Source: Eledone cirrhosa (taxonomy: Eukaryota). Taken from it: a stretch of DNA of 64,000 nt. This document shows, piece after piece, positions 26,810 to 39,627 of this stretch. The first letter of the stretch is position 1, and each line of letters starts with the position of its first letter. Both the position numbers and the translations under genes were made by a program. The stretch covers positions 135,966,001 to 136,030,000 of the forward strand of contig OZ024742.1 of the NCBI GenBank assembly GCA_964016885.1, written 5' to 3'. Below the pieces are notes generated by a model. It made no database searches. It saw nothing but the letters and a program-made list of their open reading frames with translations, and had not been told where the DNA came from.

Positions 26810-27360
26810 TGAGGTTAGCTTTGCCTTTCATATTTACGGAGGTCGATAAAGTAAAACGCCAGTAACGCACTGGCGTCGATTTAATCGATTTTTCCTTCCT
26901 CCAAAATTGCTGGCCTTGTGCCTTTAGTAAAAACAATTATTATTATTATTATTTCAAATCCCGCTGATGTTAGCTTTGCCTTTCATCCTTACAAGGTCGA
27001 TAAATAAAGTCCCAGTCATACACTAGAGTCGATTTCATCCACTTTCCCCTTCTCTTTAAATTGCTTGTCTTGTGTCAAATATAGAAACCATTATTATTAA
27101 TATCATCATTATCATTAATCCCCCCGAGGTTAGCTTTGTCTTTCATTTTATCGGCTCGATAAAATAAGGTACCAGTGTCTCACTGGGGTCGATTTTATCG
27201 ACTTCCCCTGTCCCAAAGTTGCTGGCCTTGTGCCTAAATCAGAAGCCATTATTATTATTATTTAACTTTGCCTTTCATCCTTACGGGGTCGATAAAATAA
27301 AGTACCAGTAATGCACTGGGTATTTGCTGGCCTTGTGCAAAAAGTAGAAACAATTATTAT
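26810..27360 (+). mobile_element. Tandem cluster of SINE family A 3' halves separated by (ATT)n
   Basis: Four repeats of ttagctttgcctttcat...gtcgataaa...ccagt...gctggccttgtg. Confidence 0.85.
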
Positions 27361-27677
27361 TATTATTTTCATCATCATCATTATTGTGGTTGTTGTTGTT
27401 GCTATTGCGGTTTTTTTTTGTTATTGTAGTTGTTTTTTTGTTTTTGTTGTTATTGTAGTTGGTGTTGTTGTAATGGACAAAGGTCAACAGACATAGTGAC
27501 TCGGTTTCTTCAGATAAACAAAAAAAATCTGAAAAAAAGATGTGTTTTTGACTTGATGAAGTTGTTTATAACTCGACAAACATCCTGCCTTCAGGAAGTT
27601 GTCGGTTTGGTCAATAGAGGAGCAGACACGATAGTGTGGGGCTTGTGGTGAGGGTGGTAGCAGTGAGTATAGTTGCA

Positions 27678-27713
<36 letters not shown>

Positions 27714-29199
27714 GTGATGATGGTGATAAAGAAGAAGAAGATGATAATGATGACGACAGCGGGGGTGGGGGGTGATACTTGTTGTCGTCAGGGTGACGAT
27801 AACGGTGTTGATAACACTGATGAGGCTAAGGTGGTGGAGGTTATATTGTTGGTGTTGAGTATGGGACTATATTGATAGAAATGATTACTGTTGTTTCACA
27901 CAAGTTAGGTCTGATTAGAGTAGAATTATGACCAGCCTGTCCCTATCACTGTCTTCCTACTTTTGTAAAGACAGTAGGGAAACATTTGAAGGAGATTTAG
28001 CTGTTACATTTAGCAGATCAGTTACCTACATGAGAAACTTCCTCGAGGTTTTCTAGTGGTGGGGATACTAATGATGGGATATTGGAGGTGTGTATGAGTG
28101 AGTGATATTGAGAAACAGGAAAGACAGGTACAGAGGCACAGACTGATAGTTTTTCCTGGTTTTAATCTGCGTAAGTATCTATTTTTAATTGTTATTTTTG
28201 GCGTGTGATGTTGCCAATAAAAACACAGCACCTATTGATTTTCATGTCAGTTGTATTATTACTATTGAGGTAACTAAACCATTCATCGGACAGTTTAGTA
28301 ATCAGATGGTTGTTTGTCATATTTAATTGTCAAAGCTTTTTCGTCCCTCATTCTGTGACCTTCTCAATGACAATTCTTGCTCTTCTCTGTCTCCGTAACT
28401 TCCCGTCAAGTTTAGGTATGTTTATATTTATATGCAAATAAACCGTTATTGATCCAATCATTCTTCAAAACAGTGAAAAACCACCCTAGACCAAAGGCCA
28501 GCCTGCACTCGTGACTCCTGCTAAACCAATCTGCGATCCACCCTCTACTGAACGTAGAACGCCCACCTTCCCAAACTCGGCAAACCGAAGAGGACCACAA
28601 GAGCCACCATAATATATATAATATATATGATAAAGTATGGTGCGTTACGTATTGTACCAATAAACCGGGTTATGCGTTATGTACGATCGCAGAATGTTTA
28701 AAAAGTGACTACGAATGGACTGGTATATTCTCGTATCGCTTATACGGAGCACGCAATCAGCAATTTAAAGAGACTCGACATTGCAAATATGAAGTTCTTT
28801 ATTGTCTCTTGTCACTACAATGAGTTTAAACAATACGAATACTCTTCAATGTAAAACTAAATCAATTTTCAAGACACCTCACAAATCACCTTATGTGTTT
28901 GATGGTGTAACGTTAAATTACTCTTAACCTTATTCCTTTTTTATGCTTAAGCACGACCACATTCTGTACGAACTGAAATATTTATATGGTGACAACGCCT
29001 AATTCAGAAAGCACGTGACTGAATTTAAAAGATTCTGAGTCGAGACTAGGGAGAAGGCATTTCGGGATAATGAATTTCCTTCATATGTATACTTATTAAC
29101 TTGTATTATCCATTTTTAACCCATAAAACAAATCCTTACACCTCACTACAAGACTAACAATGTGTCGTATGATGTTGAAATTTATTATCAATTATCTGA

Positions 29200-29378
29200 G
29201 GGCAGTAGATTGGCTGTGGCGATAGAGCGTCAGACAACATGATCTATGGCATATAGTTACGTCCCTTTACGTTCTGAGTTCAAATCCCGCTGAGGTTAAC
29301 TTTGACTTTTATCCTTTATTCTATCGACCTTATAAAGTCGATAGAATAAAGTACCAGTCTAGTGTTGAGGTCGAATTA
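29200..29378 (+). mobile_element. SINE family A copy
   Basis: gatagagcgtcagac...gagttcaaatcccgctgaggttaactttg...gtaccagt. Confidence 0.85.
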
Positions 29379-29946
29379 TTCCCAGCATCCCAGGGTGCTT
29401 TCATATAGAAAACAAAAAATGGGTTGCAAATAATAAATAAATCGAACCAGAATAAACAGAGCAATAAAGTTCAACTTGGAATTTAAATGCAGTTTAGTCA
29501 ACTGGGAGTGAAATAATTCAGAAACGAACTTATCGAAGAAAATGGACAATTCGGTCGTTTCCTCACTTACTCAATAATCTAAATAAGTCTGTATTATTAA
29601 ATTCAAGCCCAACTGATTAGAGTGCACATATACATTAATCAATGAGGAAGACGACTTCTTGTTGGTAGGAAAATTGAGATACCCAGACCGATGCATCAGT
29701 TACTACGATTCCGAAACAAATAAATCGATACATGCATACATATATATATATATTTGATATTTGCTCCATGCGTTCTCTCTGCTGTCGAGCACCATAAATT
29801 GAACGGTATAGGCTGCCATTTCTAGCAGCTTGTTCTGTTCATACCAGCTGTCACTGCCTCGTGCACGTATTTCCCTTCTCTTTAAACGTGCGACAGTTGG
29901 TTTACTATAGTTCTCTCTTTAATAGTGCGGACAATATTGGTCTTTC

Positions 29947-30023
29947 CACATGCTGATGACCCACTGGGCCGATTTGGAACCAACTATATGGCGAAACAAT
30001 CTCCCAGTGTGTTTGTACATGTG
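29947..30023 (+). ncRNA. Candidate type I hammerhead with possible pseudoknot
   Basis: cacatg-CTGATGA-...-GAAA-caa...ttg-TA-catgtg; cactggg (29962-29968) is complementary to cccagtg (30003-30009). Confidence 0.6.
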
Positions 30024-30723
30024 TGACTTAGTTATGAGGCTCGTTTCTCATTTTATTTTATACTTTTAATTATAATGTTTTTCCTATGCCTCTATTAGCT
30101 TATATTATCTTCACGCTGGTGGTTTAACATCCTGTAAATGAAAAAACTCACTTTCCTGTCTTTTACTCCGTCATTTTACTTGATGTATATAAAATTATAA
30201 GAAACGAAATGAGCTGTGGTTACTATAAACACAGTTTAAGATGGTAGTATGGACGAAACAAGAGAAAAAAAAGCCTTCATCCGCTATAAACCGCAGTTCA
30301 TAGATGTTTCGGCGCTTAATAAAGGACGTCTAAAAGCGATCAGCGACGCGCCCAAGACCTTTTATCGATCAAAAGGTCAGGAGCGAAAGAAAAGAAAAAA
30401 GAAAAAAAAAGGGGGTAAGTAGTGAGGAGAGAGGAAGAAAGAGAAAAAACAGTTAAACAGACCAAATGGTGGGGGGGGGGGGTCATAGGATAATGGAACA
30501 TGCAAGTGAGTAACCGAGGAAGAATAAGAATAGAATAAGAAATAGCGAACCGATTAGACGTAAGTCTGGGGGTGCGATAACAGGAGCCCAGTGGAACCGT
30601 GCCATCTCAATCGAAGTGAAGGTAGAGAGAGAGAGAGACGGAGCAACCGGAAGTGAGAGGGAGAAGTGCTTCGGAACAAAACACACACACACACACCACA
30701 CACACACATACACACACACACAC

Positions 30724-31420
30724 TACGCGTTTCAATTGTCCTAATAACTTAATTTAGTTATTTTCGCACCAATGTGAGGTATATGATTTTTAATGCGATG
30801 AAATACCAATGATCGTTGGCAAATCACTGATGAGGGACTCATTTTATAACATGTAATCCATGTGCGACCATGCAATATTCTTCTCCCCATATTTTTCATA
30901 TATTTACCTAAACTGCGATTCTGTGTTTCTCTCTTTCTCTCTTACTGCTCCCTCGTTCTCTCTGTTTCTCTTACTTTCTTTCGTCCCCTCTGTCATGTCA
31001 GTTAACACTTTCTCTCTACTGACCTCTTCCTCGCACTTCCACTCAGTCACTCTCTGTTTCTCCCCTTCTTACTTCCTCCCGTTCGCTACGAAAACGATTT
31101 TCCTTCTTTCTAACATCGGATTCACTAGCGGAAGGTCTGTTTCTAACTCGCACATATATTCACACAACTTATGCTGATAGAATAACCATGTTGCTTGTGT
31201 TTCTTTCCATCTTCGGTTAGCTTTCCCCTGTGTTGTTTACTTGTCTCACTCGCTTTACGCGTTTCAATTGTCCTAATAACTTATTTTAGTTATTTTCGCA
31301 CCAACGTGAGGTATATGATTTTTAATGCGATGAAATACCAATGATCGTTGGCAAATCAGTGATGAAGGACTCATTTTATAACATGTTATCCATGTGCAAC
31401 CATGCAGTATTCTTCTCCCC

Positions 31421-31427
<7 letters not shown>
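30724..31427. repeat. 532-bp non-coding unit with about 170-bp terminal duplication between (CA)n and (TA)n
   Basis: tacgcgtttcaattgtcc...ccccatattttt at 30724 recurs at 31256. Confidence 0.88.
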
Positions 31428-31484
<57 letters not shown>

Positions 31485-31487
<3 letters not shown>

Positions 31488-32724
31488 AATTAGTATATTT
31501 ACCAACATATATATACAGATGTATACCTATGCTAGCAAATATATAGGTTTTGTCTTAGTAACTTTGTGGTTCAATGCAAGGGGATGCAGAACAATTATAT
31601 GAAAGACGTAAAATAAGAAAATTATAAAAATGTACTTACTTACTAAAATTTCACTCCAACTAATTAGTTTCTGAAAGGGAATAAACATGGTTTCCGATTG
31701 GAACAACATGGAGAAATATCCTTTCGTCATCAGGGAGATCTGTTCTCAGCTAAGTTCCCAGGCAAAGCGTGGACACAGGGAACCTATACAAAAATAATTC
31801 AGTGGATGGAAAAAAGCGAGCGAGGACTAGATTCCAGGACATTGAAAAAATCACTGCCTACTTAGTCGGTGGCGAATTCAAAAGAATCAATCACGTGACA
31901 TCGAGGTCAATCAGTGAGGAGTGGGGGTGCTAATAAGATAGTAGCCTGGCTATTACTATGAAGCATAGCAGTAGTTTTGGCAAATTTTTGCTCAACAAAA
32001 TAATTTGGAGATAATTATAATGAATTAGTATATCTACCAACATATATATACAGATGTATACCTATGCTAGCAAATATATAGGTTTTGTCATAGTAACTTT
32101 GTGGTTCAATGCAAGGGGATGCAGAACAATTATATGAAAGACGTAAAATAAGAAAATTATAAAAATTTACTTACTTACTAAAATTTCACTCCAACTAATT
32201 AGTTTCTGAAGGGGAATAAACACAAAGTTACTAAGACAAAACCTATATATTTGCTAGCATAGGTATGCATCTGTATATATATGTTGGTAGATATACTAAT
32301 TCTTTATAATTAACTCCAAATTATTTTGTTGAGCAAAAATTTGCCAAAACTACTGCTATGCTTCATAGTAATAGCCAGGCTACTATCTTATTAGCACCCT
32401 CACTCCTCACTGATTGACCTCGATGTCACGTGATTGATTCTTTTGAATTTGCTACCGACCAAGTAGGCAGTGATTTTTTCAATGTCCTGGAATCTAGTCC
32501 TCGCTCGCTTTTTTCCATCCACTGAATTATTTTTGTATAGGTTCCCTGTGTCCACGCTTTGCCTGGGAACTTAGCTGAGAACAGATCTCCCTGATGACGA
32601 AAGGATATTTCTCCATGTTGTTCCAATCGGAAACCATGTTTATTCCCTTTCAGAAACTAATTAGTTGGAGTGAAATTTTAGTAAGTAAGTAAATTTTTAT
32701 AATTTTCTTATTTTACGTCTTTCA
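31485..32724. mobile_element. 535-bp hammerhead-bearing non-coding element: about 1.4 tandem units plus an inverted arm, in (TA)n
   Basis: gaattagtatat at 31487 and 32022; 32221-32724 is the reverse complement of about 31600-32103; HHR in both arms. Confidence 0.88.
32587..32670 (+). ncRNA. Type I hammerhead of the 535-bp family (mirror copy on minus 31654-31737)
   Basis: ctcc-CTGATGA-c-gaaagg...cctttc-a-GAAA-ctaattag-TT-ggag; distal stem I acttagctgaga/ttttagtaagt. Confidence 0.8.
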
Positions 32725-32994
32725 TATATATATATATATATGTATATATATATGTATGTATATATATATGTATATATATATATATGTATGTATATATATA
32801 TATATTGTATTCCGAAACAATTGAGGATACCATTCTCATAACAATAACAAATGCAGGAAGGACTACTCGATTGCATGAAGAACCGTGGAAATAATTATGA
32901 TTAAACGATTTATGTAACACCAGCATTTTATTTTGTTCTATATATATATGTGTATGTGTGTGTGTGCGTCTGTGTGTGAGAGTGAGTGTGTGTG

Positions 32995-33125
<131 letters not shown>

Positions 33126-34464
33126 ACGTGCATGTGTGTATAGATATAGATATATATCTTCCTGGTTTAAAATGTGATACATATGTATTCACTGACTGAC
33201 TCTTTCTCGGCGATTACAATGCAAGAGTTCAGTCGGATCCTTGCTTCAATTCTACTCCTTCATATTGATAAGCTAAGCCATACCGACGAAACATGACGAT
33301 GTCGAAACGAATGTTTACCTATAAATATAGAAATTGAAAAAGTAGAAAATCATAAGTAAATTATTTTCTGTTGTATTAACATACATTTTCTGTCACTTGA
33401 AAAAAAAAAAAATGAAATAAAAAGATGATTGTTTGTTTCATGTAATTCTTTCCTTTACACAGATAAATTGAGAAAGATAAATAACCTTCCAAAACGGAAA
33501 CTATTGAAGGTGAGCAACGTTTATGAGTCGCTACGCGCGAACCCAACCGACTGAAAGTAAAATTCTTACAATAGAATAATATGTCCATTTAGTTACCCAA
33601 GTTTTCCTTTGGGAAACACGAGCACTCAAAGATAAATGGTACCAAGTCACAGAAATATGTCTCTAAGAAGGATTTCCATTCTACTGAAATATAAATTTGT
33701 TAATTGTAATACGAAAAATATATATACATGTGTTGTTGCTGTTCTTAGTCAATCTTAGCTCAGCCCCGATCGGACATACCTATGACCAAAAGCATTCTAA
33801 CCATGAGATATAATTTACCACAGACTCGTTATTCTAAAAAGACGAGGGGAGGGATGGTTGACACCTTTAGCTCCCAAGAAAACTATTACAACCCAGTGGT
33901 GTAGGTATGACGAGGCGAGTAAAGGCCAACTCTAGAAAGGCATAGTCTTCGCGCGTCTGTGAAAAGTACCAGATTGTTACTGGCGCGAATAAGACCAGCA
34001 AAAATGCAATATGGTGAGAGGCAGCGAGAGATTTAGGAGAAAATTTGGCTGCTATTTCTGACAGGTGAAATATGTTGTTGATGCTAGCACCGGGTCCGTT
34101 CCGAATGCACAGACCTAAAACGAAAGGCGTTTCAAGCGTAAACATCCTGTCTTTTTCAATTGCAATGTCAGTGGCATTTTGTTTTACCAAGCCAGTAGAT
34201 GTGTGATTTGATAGATTTATCTGGTATTAAAGCTCCTTACTCGGTTTGTGCGGTGTTATATGTGGTGTGGTAATGGGGGGAACATTGGAATTGAGATAGT
34301 AAAAGAAAAAAACAACAAAGAAATAAATAAGAAAAAAAATTAAATGGTGAATTTACAAGATTTTCTAAGATCTTTCTTTTGCACTTTGACATTTTTGTCA
34401 TCAGTTGTAAAATAAAACACTCAGAGCAAATATATATGTCTGTCTGTCTCTCAGTTCTTAAATA

Positions 34465-34467
<3 letters not shown>

Positions 34468-34539
<72 letters not shown>

Positions 34540-34697
34540 TCATGCACACATACATACACGCATAGACTCATAGATGCATACATACATAAATATACACATA
34601 TATATATACATACGTACATAAATACATTCATATATGCGTACATACATATATAATTCGTAGACATATATATATATGATATATGATATATGATATATGA

Positions 34698-34745
<48 letters not shown>

Positions 34746-34799
34746 TATATACACACACATACACATATATATATACACACACACACATATATATACACG

Positions 34800-34872
<73 letters not shown>

Positions 34873-34889
34873 CACACACATATATATAT

Positions 34890-34958
<69 letters not shown>

Positions 34959-34988
34959 CACACCACACACACATATATATATACACAC

Positions 34989-35076
<88 letters not shown>

Positions 35077-35091
35077 CATACATACATATAT
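34468..35091. repeat. Long compound (CA)n/(TA)n microsatellite
   Basis: Visible simple repeat. Confidence 0.95.
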
Positions 35092-35747
35092 CCAGTTAAC
35101 TATAGATATCTATACGCCTCTCTCAGCATGTGAGTTTGTACGTGTGTGTGTAAGGGGAGACAAAGAAGACGGTGATGGAAGGGAGAGAAAGATTTAAGAA
35201 GTGAAGACTAACAAAAACTCGTGAAACATATACAGCCTGCACGACAGGCATATATACAGATAAACAAATATAAAATAAACAATAACTAAGCAGAGAAGAA
35301 AGATGTATATGTCTGTTTATATATATGTGTGGTTCAGTGTATGCGTGTTTTGTGTTAAGCGAGCAGGTAGCTAAATAGTGAGAAACAAAAAGATAGAGAT
35401 GAAGACATATATAAACAAATAAGATAGGCATTACAAACAGACAGACAGCCAACCAGACAAGCTCACAGACAAACAGACAGGCAGATAGACAGACAGACAG
35501 ACGGATAGATAAACAGAGTTTGAGACAAGAACATGTATATGTTGATCGAAACAAGTTGACTGACATATAGACATAAATATATACGTACATATAGACTGAC
35601 TGACTGTTAGACATACCGACAGAAAGATTAACAGGTAAACACACTGCGTTTACGACAAACGTAGCGAAACAGTATTGACATATACATGAGCGGAAGACGA
35701 TATCTTTAGTTACAGAAAGAAAGAGAGAGCGAGAGAGATAGATAAGT

Positions 35748-35833
<86 letters not shown>

Positions 35834-35835
35834 TG

Positions 35836-35888
<53 letters not shown>

Positions 35889-36169
35889 AGCTACTGCTGC
35901 TGCTGCTTGAGAAAGAGAAAAATAGATAGATATGTTTCTTTATTAGACACAGGGGCACAAAAGAAGGGGACAAATACAAAGGGCGAAGTTTACATACAAA
36001 TAAAAACGTGTAAAATATCACAAATGTAATTTAAAAGTTAATCGATTTTCCCCAATAGGGGGAGACATTTGATATGCGTAACAAATACCCTCGAAAAAAA
36101 TGTGCAACCCTCATCTCCAGGAGTACGAAGAGTTTGAACCCCTTTCCTCTCTTCCTCCTTTTCCTCAAC

Positions 36170-39100
36170 CTACAGGCTGATATAGAGAGAAGGCCCATTC
36201 ACTCGGGCCAGTCTCGCCACTTTCACCCACCTTTCATAAAACTTGCTGGGGTACAGCACTTCTCTCTCCATCCTGATTCTTCTTCCAAAGTCGTATTTGA
36301 AAAAAAGAATCAGTTGTTGGCCGGAGAGAAAGGTGTCTGACCTCAGCCCTTTTAACCTCGTCCACCATGCAACCACTTTAGCCATAGCTATCACACAAAG
36401 GAAAACCGCCTCTCCTTCGTTTTTGAAGGAGGGTGGCAGTTTGATTATGACAATGGACTCGGTGGTCAATTGGATTGGTCCCACCCGCGACAATAGTCGT
36501 TCTACATAGCCCCACAGGTCGCTAACGCCCGGGCAGTGTACAAATGCGTGCGCGACGGTTTCCTCGTCGCGCACGCATCACGGACAGATCTTTTTCGAAG
36601 GGTCTCTGCCCGGGCGCCCGTGTCTGTAGAGCTTGTCTCGAACTGGTAGAGCTCCTCGGTAGCACTGCCAGGCCAGGGACTTTTGGAAGTTGTCCATCGG
36701 TCCCGGGCGGAAGGTTCTACCGAACAGACTGGCCACTTCGTCTTTCTCTACGCCTAGAGTTTCTCCGAGCGCGTCGTCGCACTTGCTGCGGACCAACCCT
36801 CTATAGAATGACGAAGTGGAGTCTCCACTTATCGCCGGGTCCGCCTGCCAGAGGGCTGTGAGCGCCTGAGCACATTCGATGTGCCAGTCGCCCATTTTCC
36901 TCGGTCTTTGCTTGACCAAGGACTGCAGCTCGGTCAGCGAGACGAGTCGTGGGAACCAGGCCCACACCGGTTGTCCGATGAGGAATACGTGGAGGTGCCG
37001 CAGCCTGAGCGCGTGTTTGCGCATAGTCAGCCACGGCAGCCCCAGCCCTCCGTTTGAAGAGTGTTGGCAGCAGATGGATCTTCTCACCAAAGGCCCCTCT
37101 TTTCCAAAGGAATTGGAAGAGCGCGCGCTCCATTTTGGTGAGCGTTTTGGCTGGACAAGGCACGACGGTCAAGCGGTAGTAGATGACGGACGCTATAAAT
37201 GTATTCGCCACCTGCGCTCGACCTTTCAAGGATAGTTTGCACTCGGCCCACTTCTGGGTGAGTGCAAACACCTTGGCCGTCACATCGTTCCAGTTCTTCT
37301 CCACCTGGAGGTCCGGACCAAACCAGACCCCGAGCAGTTTTACCGGTCCTTCCGTCCAGCGTCCGACGACGCCATCGGAAGGCATCGGTTTGCCTCTCCA
37401 CGATCCGAGTTGCAAACCGATGGACTTGTCCCGGTTCAGCTTCGCTCCTGTGAACCTTTCGTATTCCTTCAGTAAGGTGCCAACTTCCTCGATTTGCGAG
37501 GTGCTCGACACCCTTACTGTCACGTCGTCGGCGTAGACCGAGGCCGCTTTCCGCAGTCCTGGTTCCAGAAGAATGCCCTGCAATAGCCCCAACTTCCGAT
37601 TAGTGACTCGAGAGTCAATACGTACAGAAGGGAGGAGAGGAGGCATCCCTGTCGAATGTATCGCGTGATATGGAACGGCTCTGAGAGGTAGCCGTTCACC
37701 TTGATCCTTGAGCAGATGTTACTGTTGTGCATTGCAGCAATCCAGCCCCTGAACACTGGTCCGAAGCCTGCCGCCTCGAGTACCGCATCCAGGTAACGAT
37801 GGTCAACCCTATCGAAAGCCTTAGACTGATCCAAGTTGATCAGGGCCCCACCGAAGCCAGGTTTACACCCTACCCTCTCTATGATGTATCGCATGAGGTG
37901 GAGGTTGTCGTGTATGGACCTGCTCGAGATTGCGCATGTCTGCACTTCTCCCACCAGGTTCTCGACGAAAGCGCCAGCCTCTTTGCTAACACCTTGGCCA
38001 AAATCTGTAACTCTATGTTGAGCAGAGTTATGGGCCGGAAGTTACCTATGTCATCCCCCTTATTCTCGTCCTTCCTGACTAGTGTGACTACGCCTCTGGT
38101 CACAGAACTGGCAATTCTCCCGTTCTGCTGCCAGTTGCTGTAGACTGCTTCCAGGAGACCGGAGAACAAGTCCGGCATTGCTACGTAAAATTCGTAGGGT
38201 AGACCGTCGAGACCTGGAGATTTGCATTTGCCGCATTGGCTCAGCGCGTCCCCTATCTCAGCGGCTGAAATCAGCTTTTCGCAGAACTTCACCTCGCTGT
38301 CCGAGAGTCGCGGTAGGCCGTCGAGGTATGGACCGAAATCCATAGCCTCTCCCGGCGCGCCGCCCTGCCCGAACAGCTGAGCAAAGTGCCGCTAAAAGGC
38401 CGCGAACAGCTGCTTCGGCTCACGTATCACGCGTCCGTCTTGGTCCTTCAAAGACCGAATCGTGGACTTGTTGCCACTTTTCGCCTCCGTCGCCCGGGCC
38501 CAGCTAACAGCTTTGGCCCCTCGTTACCCAGAGCACGTATTTTGCTTCTGACAACGCAGCCCTCGTGCTTTGCGTCGAATAACTGGTCCAAGGCCGTTCT
38601 CGTTGCTAGCACGCTGGCTACGTTGCCACTTCTAATTGCCTCTTCTACTTTATCTGTCAGTTCCTTCTCGGTCCTATTTCTATTTAACGCTATTTCTTTA
38701 CTAAAAACTAACGAGTCTAATCTAACTGCCCTCTTGAGAGAATACCACCATCTGTTGTTGACAATGGTCCTTGTCAAGTGCTGTTTAATTAAAGTTCTAA
38801 TCCGTCTACTGTACGCTTTGCATGTCGGTAACAACAAGTTCAGCTTCCAGTAGCCGGGTCCTTGTCTATGGGTTCTATCAAGGTTGACCATGCAGATCAC
38901 TAGTTTGTGATCTGAATAGGTAACCATGAACATTTGTGGACAGCTTAACATGTCCCTATCTTTATTTCTAACTAGAACCCTATCTAGGTACGATCTAGAT
39001 GTTCCGCTAAGATTAGTCCACGTCCACTGTGGCACAGTCGGAAAATCTAGTCGATATCTATCGGCCAGGTCAAATCGGCCGATTAACTGTTTGAGGCTGT

Positions 39101-39587
39101 TACACTCCCCTTTATCGGGACATGCTCCCACATAGTCCCAACGTGCATATAGGATGTCATTCCAGTCCCCCACTAAAAGCAAGGAGCGAGACGTTCCCAG
39201 AAAAGTCTCTAGACGTTTGAAGAAATCTGGCCGCGGTGTCTCGGATGGGGCATATGCGGCCACCAGCCTGAAGGCTCCACCTTCACTACCGTCAACGTCT
39301 AGGACCACCAGTCGACCCTCCGGGTCCAGATGTATCGTCTGTGTTACGAGGTCCATGTGTTTCCGCAGCTAAACGGCAACCCCGCCCCCACCTCCCGGCT
39401 GACAGAGAGTTGCGTAGATCTCAAAGTCGTCGAAGATGGGGGCCAGCTGTCGCGCGCTGTGGATCCTGGACTCGCAAATGGCTACTACATCCATACTGTG
39501 CGACCTGAGGTCGTTTAAGACTTTGCCCTGTTTTCAGGGCAACCCCAGCCGGCGTATATTCACACATCCAACTCTTATATTGGCCAT
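36170..39587 (-). pseudogene. LINE ORF2 (APE endonuclease plus reverse transcriptase), frameshifted
   Basis: ATG at 39587 (MANIRVGCVNIR); LVGDWN, SYLDRV, YSDHKLV, GPGYWKLN; KSPGLDGLP, NFRPITLLN, LDQSKAFDRVDH, IRQGC, YADDVT; HAFVHCP. Confidence 0.92.
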
Positions 39588-39627
39588 GTTGGTGCTGAAA
39601 AGTTAAAAGAAGAGGAAAAGAAATCAA

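Noticed and set aside
33278-33322. Hammerhead-like ccgacga-aacat/atgtc-gaaac...gtt
   Set aside because: Core U4 is mutated, the stem II base is mismatched and stem I is only 2 bp; cannot be told from chance
34237-35197. YI, CV and HT repeat ORFs here and throughout the window
   Set aside because: Dinucleotide microsatellite artefacts
38386-39518. Plus-strand ORFs over the LINE
   Set aside because: Antisense shadows of the GC-richer ORF2
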